Source: a virus. From it: DNA of 64,000 bases. Location of the stretch: the IMG/VR virus record IMGVR_UViG_3300027708_000026, positions 80,908-144,907 of that record. One strand, written 5' to 3'. The translations under genes and the position numbers were made by a program. Of this stretch, positions 10,917 to 19,963 are shown piece after piece. The notes beneath the pieces are model-generated. The model worked only from the letters and a program-made list of their open reading frames with translations, was not told the DNA's origin and ran no database searches. Every line of letters starts with the position of its first letter. The first letter of the stretch is position 1.

Positions 10917-12277
10917 TTACTATACAATCCTTCAAAACTCTTACTCCAATTTCCGTTATCCCACTTATACTGGATACCTGTATATGAATTAGTTATGTAG
11001 GTTGTTGTGTCAACTGATGAAGAACTGAATATTACAGACCAATCAGTTCCGTTGTATTCAATAATATCGTTAGCATAAGCAATGAAGTCAGTACCGGTAC
11101 TATTTTTCCAAGCAGTAGGCCCACTGTAGTTGGGTAATGCATGATCCGGATTTATGTCTTCCAATATTAGATATCTTGTGCCGCTGACTTTACCAGATGG
11201 ATTGAATGTGTCTGGGTTAATGATAGCATCAACCGTGCCACGGCCATTAATTACATCATTGCCGGGAATAGTATCAACATCGAAGGTCAACATCATTTGC
11301 GTTTCGTTGTTTGGGTCAAGTCTCATAAATGCGACGATTTCATTACCGTTAGGTGTAGTTAACCGTAACTGGCTTAATCCGGCAGTGAATTTTCCTGGAT
11401 ATCTATCTAAAATAGCCAACCAAGATACTGGTGGTTGATTGACATCATCCCCCTGTGACTCATACGATAACGCTTCTAACTTTGCAACACCGTTCAATAC
11501 CAGCAAATTAAAGTTATTAAGAGTGACCACTACTTCAGTAGTTGGCTCAGTAAATATTTGGGCAGCATATCCAGATTTTAAATCATCGAGAGCAGTGTCA
11601 GTAGTGATGGGTAAAAACACATTAGTGATAATTTTAGTGATCACATTCATCTGTTTGACCTTGGCCGGCGGTGTGATCCAAACTGGAGCCTCAAATATTA
11701 GGCTGGCAATTTCCAAGTTTTCATCCATGCCTTGCGGAACAGTCCTAGTACTCCACTGACCCTGATCTGTCAGCGACAGCATACTTAAACTGGTCCAGTC
11801 GATATAGTTGTCAGTAGTCTGTAGATCTAAAGCAGGATTAAAAATATAAGCAATCTGTTCTACTATCTGAAATTTTTGATCGCTGTTCATGGTCCATATA
11901 TCTGCAGAGAATGTTATTTTATATGGACTAGGCATGATACGCTCTACAGTATAATTGCCGCCCTGTGTATTAAGTAAATTTCCGTTGGCATCAACATCGC
12001 GTTCTCTTATCTGAACCTTACTGACAAAAGTAGGATCTTGTAATCTAGAACGATCGTATCTAAAATCTTTTATATAACAGGCAATAAATGGTGCAGACGA
12101 TAGGACATTTTCGCTGCCTTTCTTCAATATTTGTGCAGTCTGTCTACTGAGATCTCCGTACCTAACTGGAATTTGTATTAAGTTTCCCTTGCCGTCCTTG
12201 TAGCTAAAGTTACTCATGACTCGTATAAACTGAGTCACGTACCTTCTTATTTGACCGTCGTAAAAATAATCACTCAT
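10892..12277 (-). CDS. Tail terminator / sheath stabiliser (T4 gp15-like) with C-terminal extension
   Basis: YFYDGQIRRY...IPVRYG...PSPY......IW....QKFQIVEQI...FNP pattern; next to neck genes. Confidence 0.65.
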   Translation of the reverse strand: MSDYFYDGQIRRYVTQFIRVMSNFSYKDGKGNLIQIPVRYGDLSRQTAQILKKGSENVLSSAPFIACYIKDFRYDRSRLQDPTFVSKVQIRERDVDANGNLLNTQGGNYTVERIMPSPYKITFSADIWTMNSDQKFQIVEQIAYIFNPALDLQTTDNYIDWTSLSMLSLTDQGQWSTRTVPQGMDENLEIASLIFEAPVWITPPAKVKQMNVITKIITNVFLPITTDTALDDLKSGYAAQIFTEPTTEVVVTLNNFNLLVLNGVAKLEALSYESQGDDVNQPPVSWLAILDRYPGKFTAGLSQLRLTTPNGNEIVAFMRLDPNNETQMMLTFDVDTIPGNDVINGRGTVDAIINPDTFNPSGKVSGTRYLILEDINPDHALPNYSGPTAWKNSTGTDFIAYANDIIEYNGTDWSVIFSSSSVDTTTYITNSYTGIQYKWDNGNWSKSFEGLYSNWSWRLVL

Positions 12278-12278
12278 A

Positions 12279-13493
12279 TTAGTTGTCCGCGTTGGGTTTT
12301 AAGGCTTTGCTCAATGCTTGGCGTTCATTTATAATCTTACCGCCCACTGTTGATGTTGTATTATTGTTAATGAAGCCAGTTTTTTGAGTTTTTCTAACCT
12401 GGGCACCCATTGTTATTGCAGCATAGTCATTAGCACCGGTGTTATCCATGGTCATCCTAACATTTTGTTCAAACATTTTCCAGTGTGTGCCTTCATATCT
12501 GAATAGTCTATTAGGCAAGTAGTCAGTACGCAAATAAAACTGTCCGTTCAAAGGGCTTGGTGGAAACGTAATACCTTGACTGAACGGAGAACCATTTGCA
12601 GGTATCCCGTCACCAGTTAGATAGCCTACATATAAATCTCTAGAAGGACTTTGTAATACAATACTGGCATCGAATGTGGCATTGTCAATGCTAACATCCA
12701 TTCTATCATCAGATACATCAGCAATATTCATCAGCCCGTCATCTTTTAAAGGTAACACATAATATCCTGTGGTATCATATCCGCTTTTTGGTGCATCCAG
12801 CTCTGCCTGTGCGATGACCTGATTATTAATCTCAATACTTTTAGAATAGGTACTGAGTAAATCTCTGAGTGTGCTTCCATCTCCGTTACCGCTATCAACA
12901 TCTAGAATCTCTGCAAATTCTTGGCTATCAACTAGTGGTGAACATTTTGCTTTTAATAAATGAGGATACCAAGTAGGGCTAAATCCCGCTGCCGGCCTAG
13001 TTACTTCCTGTACTACATAAAATCTTTTTAGAGCTGTAATATTATTCTGATCTAATCCATAGTCATCTTGCAAGTGTGGCAACTCCAACACATCTCCAGC
13101 CATGAGTTTTCGACTGAGTGCATCAACACTAGTTTTTATATGGAAATGCATCATGATATTATCGTTATTCAGCATTATGCCAAACTGTGTGAGATTGAAA
13201 TCTAAATCCTGCATGGTATAAATTCCACGAATTATGTACACATCGGGATCATATTTCCTATCTCGATTCTCCATCAATAATACATCTTGGATACCTAATT
13301 CTGGAACAGTATTTCCGCTAGTATTAGGTTGAGCAGGTGAGGCTTCTCCCCCAACTTCGTCTGGGCTAACTGGACCTAAATATTTGTGGACATATATATC
13401 AGTGCCGCCAACTTGGAATTGTTCACCGATTATTCTATCTATGAATTTAAAATCATTGCCCTTTTCGGGTTTGTATAAACTGAGTCTTGGCAT
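12279..13493 (-). CDS. Neck/head-closure protein (T4 gp14-like)
   Basis: EQFQVGG.DIYVHKY, LLMENRDRKYD, LTQFG, GDVLELPH; divergent from the gp13-like gene. Confidence 0.6.
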   Translation of the reverse strand: MPRLSLYKPEKGNDFKFIDRIIGEQFQVGGTDIYVHKYLGPVSPDEVGGEASPAQPNTSGNTVPELGIQDVLLMENRDRKYDPDVYIIRGIYTMQDLDFNLTQFGIMLNNDNIMMHFHIKTSVDALSRKLMAGDVLELPHLQDDYGLDQNNITALKRFYVVQEVTRPAAGFSPTWYPHLLKAKCSPLVDSQEFAEILDVDSGNGDGSTLRDLLSTYSKSIEINNQVIAQAELDAPKSGYDTTGYYVLPLKDDGLMNIADVSDDRMDVSIDNATFDASIVLQSPSRDLYVGYLTGDGIPANGSPFSQGITFPPSPLNGQFYLRTDYLPNRLFRYEGTHWKMFEQNVRMTMDNTGANDYAAITMGAQVRKTQKTGFINNNTTSTVGGKIINERQALSKALKPNADN

Positions 13494-13501
13494 AGTACTT
13501 G

Positions 13502-13515
13502 TATTTAACTAAATA
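13502..13515. promoter_or_regulatory. Back-to-back TAAATA late-promoter-like motifs for the divergent neck genes
   Basis: TATTTA at 13502-13507 and TAAATA at 13510-13515 in a 27-bp gap, 8 and 5 nt from the two ATGs; resembles the T4 late promoter TATAAATA. Confidence 0.65.
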
Positions 13516-13520
13516 ATCGT

Positions 13521-14279
13521 ATGACTGATACCGAAACCGCCCGACAAATAATCGTAGAATATGTTAAAACCATGCTAGGGTCTGGCATGATTGACGTGGA
13601 ATTAGACCCAGTTCATTACAATGTTGCTATTGATAAGTCACTAGCAAAATATCGCCAACGCAGTAGCAATGCTGTAGAGGAAAGTTTTGGATTTTTGACC
13701 CTAAACACCGATAATAATGAATATGTAATGCCCAAAGAAGTTGTCGAAGTTAGACAGCTATTTCGCAGAAGCATTGGCAGCAGAACTGGTGGGGGAGACG
13801 GCGGCAGTTTGTTCGAGCCATTTAACCTAGCCTATAGTAATACATATTTGTTAGCTTCTACTAATATGGGCGGCCTTGCAACTTATTATGCATTTGCCAG
13901 CTATCAAAAACAAGTCGGAAAAATGTTTGGCGGTGAGATCAATTTCACTTACAATAAAACCAGTAAAGTATTGAATATAATGCAACGCCCTAGAGCGGGT
14001 GAAGAAGTGCTAGTTTGGATGTACAACTATCGTCCAGATTTTAATCTGTTGGATGATATGTATGCCGGACAGTGGATCAAAGATTATGCTTTGGCCAATG
14101 CTAAGGTAATCCTAGGCGAAGCAAGGGAGAAATTTGGGACTATTGCTAGCCCACAAGGCGGAACACAGTTAAATGGCACCACCTTGAAAACCGAAGGCAA
14201 AGCTGAAATGGAAATTTTAGAGCAAGATCTAATCAATTACAAAGAGGGCGGAACACCGCTAACCTGGGTAACTGGATAA
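13521..14279 (+). CDS. Neck protein / head-tail adaptor (T4 gp13-like)
   Basis: LG..MIDVELD..H...AI, WIKDYALA..K..LGEAR.KF...PQGG..LNG..LK.EG. Confidence 0.75.
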   Translation: MTDTETARQIIVEYVKTMLGSGMIDVELDPVHYNVAIDKSLAKYRQRSSNAVEESFGFLTLNTDNNEYVMPKEVVEVRQLFRRSIGSRTGGGDGGSLFEPFNLAYSNTYLLASTNMGGLATYYAFASYQKQVGKMFGGEINFTYNKTSKVLNIMQRPRAGEEVLVWMYNYRPDFNLLDDMYAGQWIKDYALANAKVILGEAREKFGTIASPQGGTQLNGTTLKTEGKAEMEILEQDLINYKEGGTPLTWVTG

Positions 14280-14282
14280 AGG

Positions 14283-14311
14283 TTGACTTACAGGCAAAGA
14301 TCCTGTAGACT
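14283..14311 (+). promoter_or_regulatory. sigma70-type promoter
   Basis: TTGACT-17 nt-TAGACT, 6 nt before ATG 14318. Confidence 0.55.
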
Positions 14312-14317
14312 TTATCT

Positions 14318-15091
14318 ATGCGTCAAATTGAAGTATTCTATCATGTATTAATCCCTTCAGATATAAGGGCAGCTCATTGGCCCTGGTTGATAGATTTGCA
14401 ATTATCTTTGATAAGAGATAGTCAGTTGTCATCTATTGCTAAAATTAACATGGCCATTACAATGCCCAAGCATTGGGCATTTATTCATTCACCCTCATTA
14501 ACTTTTAGAAAAAACAAAGAGATAACTGCTGAAATTAGTTTTGAACACAAAGTCAGAGAATATATAAATCTAAGATATCCATTTGTTAGCATATTAGACA
14601 TTCGTGACAGTGGGGAACCTAATTTATGTGAGGGTCAGACGCTAAAACTATTATGGGATAGGTGCAATGATGTCGATGTAGATGTGCTCTACATTCACGG
14701 TAAAGGAGTAATTAGTTCATCCGCACCTGTAGCAAATTGGCGAGATATTCTAAACCATTATTTTATTACTAAATGGCCCAAAGCTATCGTAAATTTATCC
14801 CATTCAGATGTAGTGGGTATTAGAGATGCCACTCCGGAGACTGAAAGACTCATGACCAGCGGTAATTTTTGGTGGTCAAAATCTAGTCATATTCGAACTC
14901 TACCTGACCCAACCCAATCACAGCATTACATGTCAGACCCAGTATTTCATCCCGGCGGTCCAAGTTACAGATGGGCTATGGAATATTGGGTTAGATTAAA
15001 CGATCCATCGTTTCATTGTTTAGTAGATACTAAAACTTGTCATTTTGATGATTATTGCTTCTTGGAAGATTTATTAAAATTAAATCCTTGA
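14318..15091 (+). CDS. Hypothetical protein, possibly glycosyltransferase-like
   Basis: YIHGKG, WR.IL..YF...W, SGNFWWSKS.HIR.LP and R..ME.W motifs; function inferred only. Confidence 0.4.
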   Translation: MRQIEVFYHVLIPSDIRAAHWPWLIDLQLSLIRDSQLSSIAKINMAITMPKHWAFIHSPSLTFRKNKEITAEISFEHKVREYINLRYPFVSILDIRDSGEPNLCEGQTLKLLWDRCNDVDVDVLYIHGKGVISSSAPVANWRDILNHYFITKWPKAIVNLSHSDVVGIRDATPETERLMTSGNFWWSKSSHIRTLPDPTQSQHYMSDPVFHPGGPSYRWAMEYWVRLNDPSFHCLVDTKTCHFDDYCFLEDLLKLNP

Positions 15092-15136
15092 CACTGTAAT
15101 TTGATTGTAATAAACTAATACTGTTCAGGAGAGATT

Positions 15137-15787
15137 ATGATTATCGGAGTTTGTGGGTTTATTGGTTCGGGAAAAGATACTGTGGCAGACTATCTAACTA
15201 ACTTTCACGGTTTTAGACGAGAGAGTTTTGCTAATAGTCTCAAAGATGCAGTGGCGCATGTATTTGGTTGGGATAGGACCATGTTAGAAGGGCGTACTAA
15301 ACAAGCTCGTGAATGGCGAGAACAATTGGACCTGTGGTGGAGTGAACGATTGGGAATACCTGAACTAACTCCACGTTGGGTGCTACAAAATTGGGGTACA
15401 GAGGTTTGTCGCAAAGGATTCCACGATGATATCTGGATTGCCAGTTTAGAAAACAAATTGCGTAACAGCAAAGACGATATTGTTATTAGTGATTGTCGCT
15501 TTCCTAATGAGATTAAATCCATTAAAAATGCTGGTGGAATAGTAGTTCGCGTAATACGTGGGCCGGAGCCCAAATGGTATGATGCGGCATTAAGTGCGAA
15601 TAAAGGTGAACAAGGTAACACTTCCTGGTCCCTAAGTAAGAAGAAATTAGAACAACTCAAAATACACGCCAGTGAAACTGCTTGGGTTGGTACTAAATTT
15701 GATGCGATATTAGACAATAATCATAGCATTGATGACCTATATGCCCAAGTTATAAGTCTGGTACCAAATCCCCTTGCCGCCACTTGA
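15137..15787 (+). CDS. Deoxynucleoside monophosphate kinase (T4 gp1-like)
   Basis: IIGVCGFIGSGKDT P-loop, FA..LKD, PRWVLQ.WGTE, ISDCRFPNE, HASE. Upstream TTGACA-17-TAAACT and AGGAG SD. Confidence 0.9.
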   Translation: MIIGVCGFIGSGKDTVADYLTNFHGFRRESFANSLKDAVAHVFGWDRTMLEGRTKQAREWREQLDLWWSERLGIPELTPRWVLQNWGTEVCRKGFHDDIWIASLENKLRNSKDDIVISDCRFPNEIKSIKNAGGIVVRVIRGPEPKWYDAALSANKGEQGNTSWSLSKKKLEQLKIHASETAWVGTKFDAILDNNHSIDDLYAQVISLVPNPLAAT

Positions 15788-16085
15788 CGCCATCCTTGTG
15801 TAATGTGCGTTGACAGTTGGCACATATCGTCTTTAGATTTGAATGACGGTGGTTTGTTAAATTGCCGTCGATGTAAAACACATTAAACTGCTCGGGAAAT
15901 TTCGAAGTAAAACTGCACTTTTCACAAGTTAATTTTTTCTTGTATCCAGCCAAGGCCCATAGGGGCCTTGTTTCTTTTCTACCCTTGCTACAATGGTCGC
16001 ATTTGGACCTATAAAAAGGCAGTCCTTCCTTATAGTAGTTAATAGCTGCCGGTCTCTGTCCACATTCTTTACATAATTTTCTCAT
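15750..16085 (-). CDS. Zn-binding HNH-like protein (probable start MRKLC at 16085)
   Basis: Four CxxC pairs and V.YIDGN..N....NL..ICANC (HNH-like; the canonical His appears replaced). Confidence 0.6.
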   Translation of the reverse strand: MRKLCKECGQRPAAINYYKEGLPFYRSKCDHCSKGRKETRPLWALAGYKKKLTCEKCSFTSKFPEQFNVFYIDGNLTNHRHSNLKTICANCQRTLHKDGVKWRQGDLVPDL

Positions 16086-16185
16086 ATCCGCCCTTTTTGG
16101 TACCTTTTCATACCAGTATTTAACCGCTATTTTTTTGGGTATACTGCTAAATAAAACAAAGTAATCCATTAAGGAGATTTTACTC

Positions 16186-19100
16186 ATGGCAAATTTAAGT
16201 TCACCAGGAATTCAAGTTAAAGTTATCGACGAGAGTTTTTATACTCCTGCTGCGCCTGGAAGCACACCGCTTATTTTCATTGCGTCGGCTGAAAATAAAT
16301 CCAATGCATCCGCGACTGGTACTGCACAAGGTACGCTAAAAGCCAATGCGGGATCTGTGTATGTAATCACAAGTCAACGAGACTTAACAAATACTTTCGG
16401 AAGTCCAACTTTCCAAGCAGACAATTCCGGAAATCCAATACACGGCGACGAAAGAAACGAATACGGCTTACAAGCTGCTTATAGTCTGCTAGGCATTAGT
16501 TCACGTGCGTATGTAACACGTGCCGATGTAGACTTGGCACAATTGGTTCCAACATCGGTGATTCCTACAGGTACACCAGAAGCAGGTGCTTACTGGATCG
16601 TTCCTAGTCAAAGCAAGTTTGGAATCAATGTTTGGTCCACTGCAACTAGCCAATTTACGCTAGCAACTCCACTAATTATCAATGATGATAATATGGATAC
16701 AGCGATGAATGCTCTTGCTACAGCTCCAGCAGATGCATTTGGTCAACAAGGCGATTATGCAGTAGTTGTAACAAAATACAACGGCTGGGACTCAACACCC
16801 AACGCAGTCTATTATAAAACTACAGCAGGAACAAATTCTTGGGTAGCAGTTGAGGGCGGATTTGATGGCGGCAAACAGGTAAAAATGTCCGCACACACTG
16901 ACTACCCAGATTTCACTGCAAGTGGAACTTCTGCAAAAACTGGCAGTGTTTGGATTAAAACAACTAGTCCCGGCAATGGAGCAAATTGGACTGTAAAATT
17001 CTATAATGGTGGTACTAAATCATGGACTACGAAACTAGCACCAATTTATAACAGCACCGTACAAGCCCTTTACTCATATGATTCTGCTGGCGGCGGCGCA
17101 AACATTGCAACTGGCACACTATTCGTAGAATCGGATCCCGATCACTACGGAATCACCACTGCCACAAATGCTGCCGCAGAGTTCCGTGTTTGGAGATATA
17201 ATGGAGCAGGATCTACCAGTATCACTGGTGCTGCATCAAACACTATCAGCTCTAGTACAGCGTCAACATTCTATATCAGAGAAACAGTCAAAGGCAGCAA
17301 TGCATGGGGTACTACAAAACTAGTGACTGTAGCTGCTGATCCATTAAACCCAATAGCTGCTGGCGTTCCAGCAGCATTGAGCGCAGCTGGACTCACTAAC
17401 GTGACTGGATCATTTGATGCTGTTACTAAAGAATTGACAATCAAACATAAAACAGGCGGTGATTTTGAATTGGCTGCGGGAACAGGTCCAGGAACATTTA
17501 CAGCATTGGGATTCAGTGCTCACACATATGACCCAGCAACGGAGATGTCCAGCGGTATTACAAATCTCTATACTGCACCTAAAGCTGACTACAGTGGCCG
17601 AGCGTTTGATTTTATTGCATCTAGCTGGATGCCGTTAGACTATCATTCAACTGGAACTACACCATCAACGACCCCAGCTGATGGAAGACTGTGGTTCGAC
17701 AGCGATATAAAATCAGTGGATATCATGTATCACGACGGCAGCAAGTGGGTTGGCTATAGGAATCAATTTCCTGCTGCTGATCCAAACGGACCTATTATCT
17801 CCGCAACTGCTCCGCCAAAGATTGGTGGACAGAGTGATGGCACCGATCTAGTAACTGGTGATATTTGGATCAGCACAGAAAACGCAGACAATTATGGTCA
17901 GGACATTTATGTATGGGACGGTGTCACAAACGAATGGGTTAAACAGGATCCAACTGATAACCATAGTCCAAATGGATGGGTATTTGCAGATGCTCGATGG
18001 AGTGGTGCAGGTGATGATATAGTTCCTGATTCTACGAAAAAATTGTTAACATACAATTATGTAGATCCAGATGCTCCCGATCCTGCACTATATCCACGTG
18101 GTACACGCTTATGGAATACACGCCGTAGCGGTAACAACGTCAAGCAGTATCATAGATCATATATTGATAAAATGGCCACTAACCCACGCATGGGCGATGC
18201 GAGCATGAGTGGATATTTTGCAGATCGTTGGGTATCTGTCCACAACCGTAAAGAAGACGGATCAGGCAATTTTGGTCGTTATTCTCAACGTGCTCAGATT
18301 ATCGCAGCATTCAAGTCATTAATTGATACTAATAGTGCTATCCGTGATACTGAAACACTGAGATTTAATCTAATTGCTTGCCCTGGATATCCAGAGGCGA
18401 TCGCTAACATGGTCAATTTCAATACAGACATTGGACAGACAGCATTTGTTATTGGAGATACACCGTTTAGATTATCACCAACAGGTACTGCATTAAGTGC
18501 ATGGTCAAACAATTCAAACAATGCATTAGACAATGGAGATATTGGCACTGTCACTGCCGACAGTTATTTGGCATTATTCTATCCAAGCGGTTTCACAAAT
18601 GACAACACTGGAAAGAACATTGTTGTTCCTCCAAGTCACATGATGTTGAGCACTATGATCAATAGTGACAGTCTAAGCTACGAATGGTTTGCTCCGGCAG
18701 GTATCCGTAGAGGTGGCATTATCAATGCAACATCTGTAGGCTATATCAATGACATGGGTGAATTCCAAAAAGTAAGTTTATATCAAGGTTTAAGAGATGT
18801 ATGCTCACAGGTTAAATTAAATCCACTATCTACTATGGTGGGTGTTGGAACAATTAACATGGGTCAGTACACAAGGTCAGCTGGTGCAAGTGCATTAGAT
18901 AGAATCAATGTTTCTAGACTAGTAGCATATCTACGCAGACAACTAAACGTATTGGCTAAACCATACTTGTTCGAACCTAACGACACAGCAACTCGTAATG
19001 AAATACGTGGTGCCGTTGAAAGTCTACTATTAGAGCTAGTTGGTCAACGAGCACTAAATGACTTCGTTGTAGTATGCGACACTTCAAACAATACTCCTGC

Positions 19101-19248
19101 AAGAATTGATAGAAGCGAGTTATACGTGGATATTGCTATTGAGCCAGTTAAGGCAGTGGAATTCATTTACATTCCATTGCGCATACTTAACACAGGCGCA
19201 ATAGCATCTGGTAATTTGGGAGCAGGTTTCCCAGGTTCAACTAATTAA
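16186..19248 (+). CDS. Tail sheath protein (T4 gp18-like) with large insertions
   Basis: LSSPGIQV.VIDES N-terminus; WFAPAG..RG, LDRINVSRL, FEPND..TR, VCD.SNNTP..ID..EL.VDIAI.P.KAVEFIYIP C-terminus. Confidence 0.92.
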   Translation: MANLSSPGIQVKVIDESFYTPAAPGSTPLIFIASAENKSNASATGTAQGTLKANAGSVYVITSQRDLTNTFGSPTFQADNSGNPIHGDERNEYGLQAAYSLLGISSRAYVTRADVDLAQLVPTSVIPTGTPEAGAYWIVPSQSKFGINVWSTATSQFTLATPLIINDDNMDTAMNALATAPADAFGQQGDYAVVVTKYNGWDSTPNAVYYKTTAGTNSWVAVEGGFDGGKQVKMSAHTDYPDFTASGTSAKTGSVWIKTTSPGNGANWTVKFYNGGTKSWTTKLAPIYNSTVQALYSYDSAGGGANIATGTLFVESDPDHYGITTATNAAAEFRVWRYNGAGSTSITGAASNTISSSTASTFYIRETVKGSNAWGTTKLVTVAADPLNPIAAGVPAALSAAGLTNVTGSFDAVTKELTIKHKTGGDFELAAGTGPGTFTALGFSAHTYDPATEMSSGITNLYTAPKADYSGRAFDFIASSWMPLDYHSTGTTPSTTPADGRLWFDSDIKSVDIMYHDGSKWVGYRNQFPAADPNGPIISATAPPKIGGQSDGTDLVTGDIWISTENADNYGQDIYVWDGVTNEWVKQDPTDNHSPNGWVFADARWSGAGDDIVPDSTKKLLTYNYVDPDAPDPALYPRGTRLWNTRRSGNNVKQYHRSYIDKMATNPRMGDASMSGYFADRWVSVHNRKEDGSGNFGRYSQRAQIIAAFKSLIDTNSAIRDTETLRFNLIACPGYPEAIANMVNFNTDIGQTAFVIGDTPFRLSPTGTALSAWSNNSNNALDNGDIGTVTADSYLALFYPSGFTNDNTGKNIVVPPSHMMLSTMINSDSLSYEWFAPAGIRRGGIINATSVGYINDMGEFQKVSLYQGLRDVCSQVKLNPLSTMVGVGTINMGQYTRSAGASALDRINVSRLVAYLRRQLNVLAKPYLFEPNDTATRNEIRGAVESLLLELVGQRALNDFVVVCDTSNNTPARIDRSELYVDIAIEPVKAVEFIYIPLRILNTGAIASGNLGAGFPGSTN

Positions 19249-19264
19249 TCAAGGGAGCATTTAA

Positions 19265-19900
19265 ATGCCAGTTTCAAGTTTAAGTAATTTTACAGTTCCA
19301 TTATCATCCAATCAGGGATCCAGTTCCCAGGGATTGTTAATGCCAAAATTAAAGTTTCGCTTCCGCGTTACTTTAACAGGTTTTGGTGTGGCAGGAACAC
19401 CAAGTACAGAACTAACCAAACAGGTTATGAATGTAACACGTCCTGAAATTAGTTTTGAAGAAATCAAACTAGCGGTGTATAACAGCACGGTCAAGTTAGC
19501 AGGCAAGCATAGTTTTGCTGATATTAAACTTACCCTTCGTGATGATGTATCTAATGCAGTTTCTCATAAAGTTGCTGAACAGATGCAGAAGCAATTCGAC
19601 TTCTTTGAACAAGCAAGTGCAGCATCTGGCATTGACTATAAATTCAAAACTATCATTGAAATCCTAGACGGCGGCAACGGTGCTACATCAGTAGGAGTTT
19701 TAGAAATATTTGAGTTAGAAGGTTGCTGGATCAAGCAGGTAACATATCAGGGCGGCGACTATAGTAGCGCAACTGATCCGTTAGACATCGCGCTAACAAT
19801 CTGCTACGATAACGCAATGCAAATGGATCAATCAGGAAACCCAAGCGGACTAGGCGAGAATATTGGACGCACTATACGTACACTCGCACTAGGTGGTTAA
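19265..19900 (+). CDS. Tail tube protein (T4 gp19-like)
   Basis: Directly after the sheath; PKLKFRFRV, RP...FEE, LAGK, LEGCW, LTI.YDNA. Confidence 0.85.
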   Translation: MPVSSLSNFTVPLSSNQGSSSQGLLMPKLKFRFRVTLTGFGVAGTPSTELTKQVMNVTRPEISFEEIKLAVYNSTVKLAGKHSFADIKLTLRDDVSNAVSHKVAEQMQKQFDFFEQASAASGIDYKFKTIIEILDGGNGATSVGVLEIFELEGCWIKQVTYQGGDYSSATDPLDIALTICYDNAMQMDQSGNPSGLGENIGRTIRTLALGG

Positions 19901-19922
19901 TCAACAACTCCGTTAAAACATT

Positions 19923-19946
19923 AAACCGGGAATTACCCGGTTTTTT
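19923..19946 (+). terminator. Intrinsic terminator
   Basis: AAACCGGG-aatta-CCCGGTTT followed by Ts, after the tube gene. Confidence 0.85.
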
Positions 19947-19963
19947 GTTGGATAAATAATCAT

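Noticed and set aside
15750-16187. HNH-like ORF as a mobile homing endonuclease, with the 145-aa start
   Set aside because: It is short, apparently lacks the canonical His, and is not in an intron; the longer start would run through the sheath promoter and SD.
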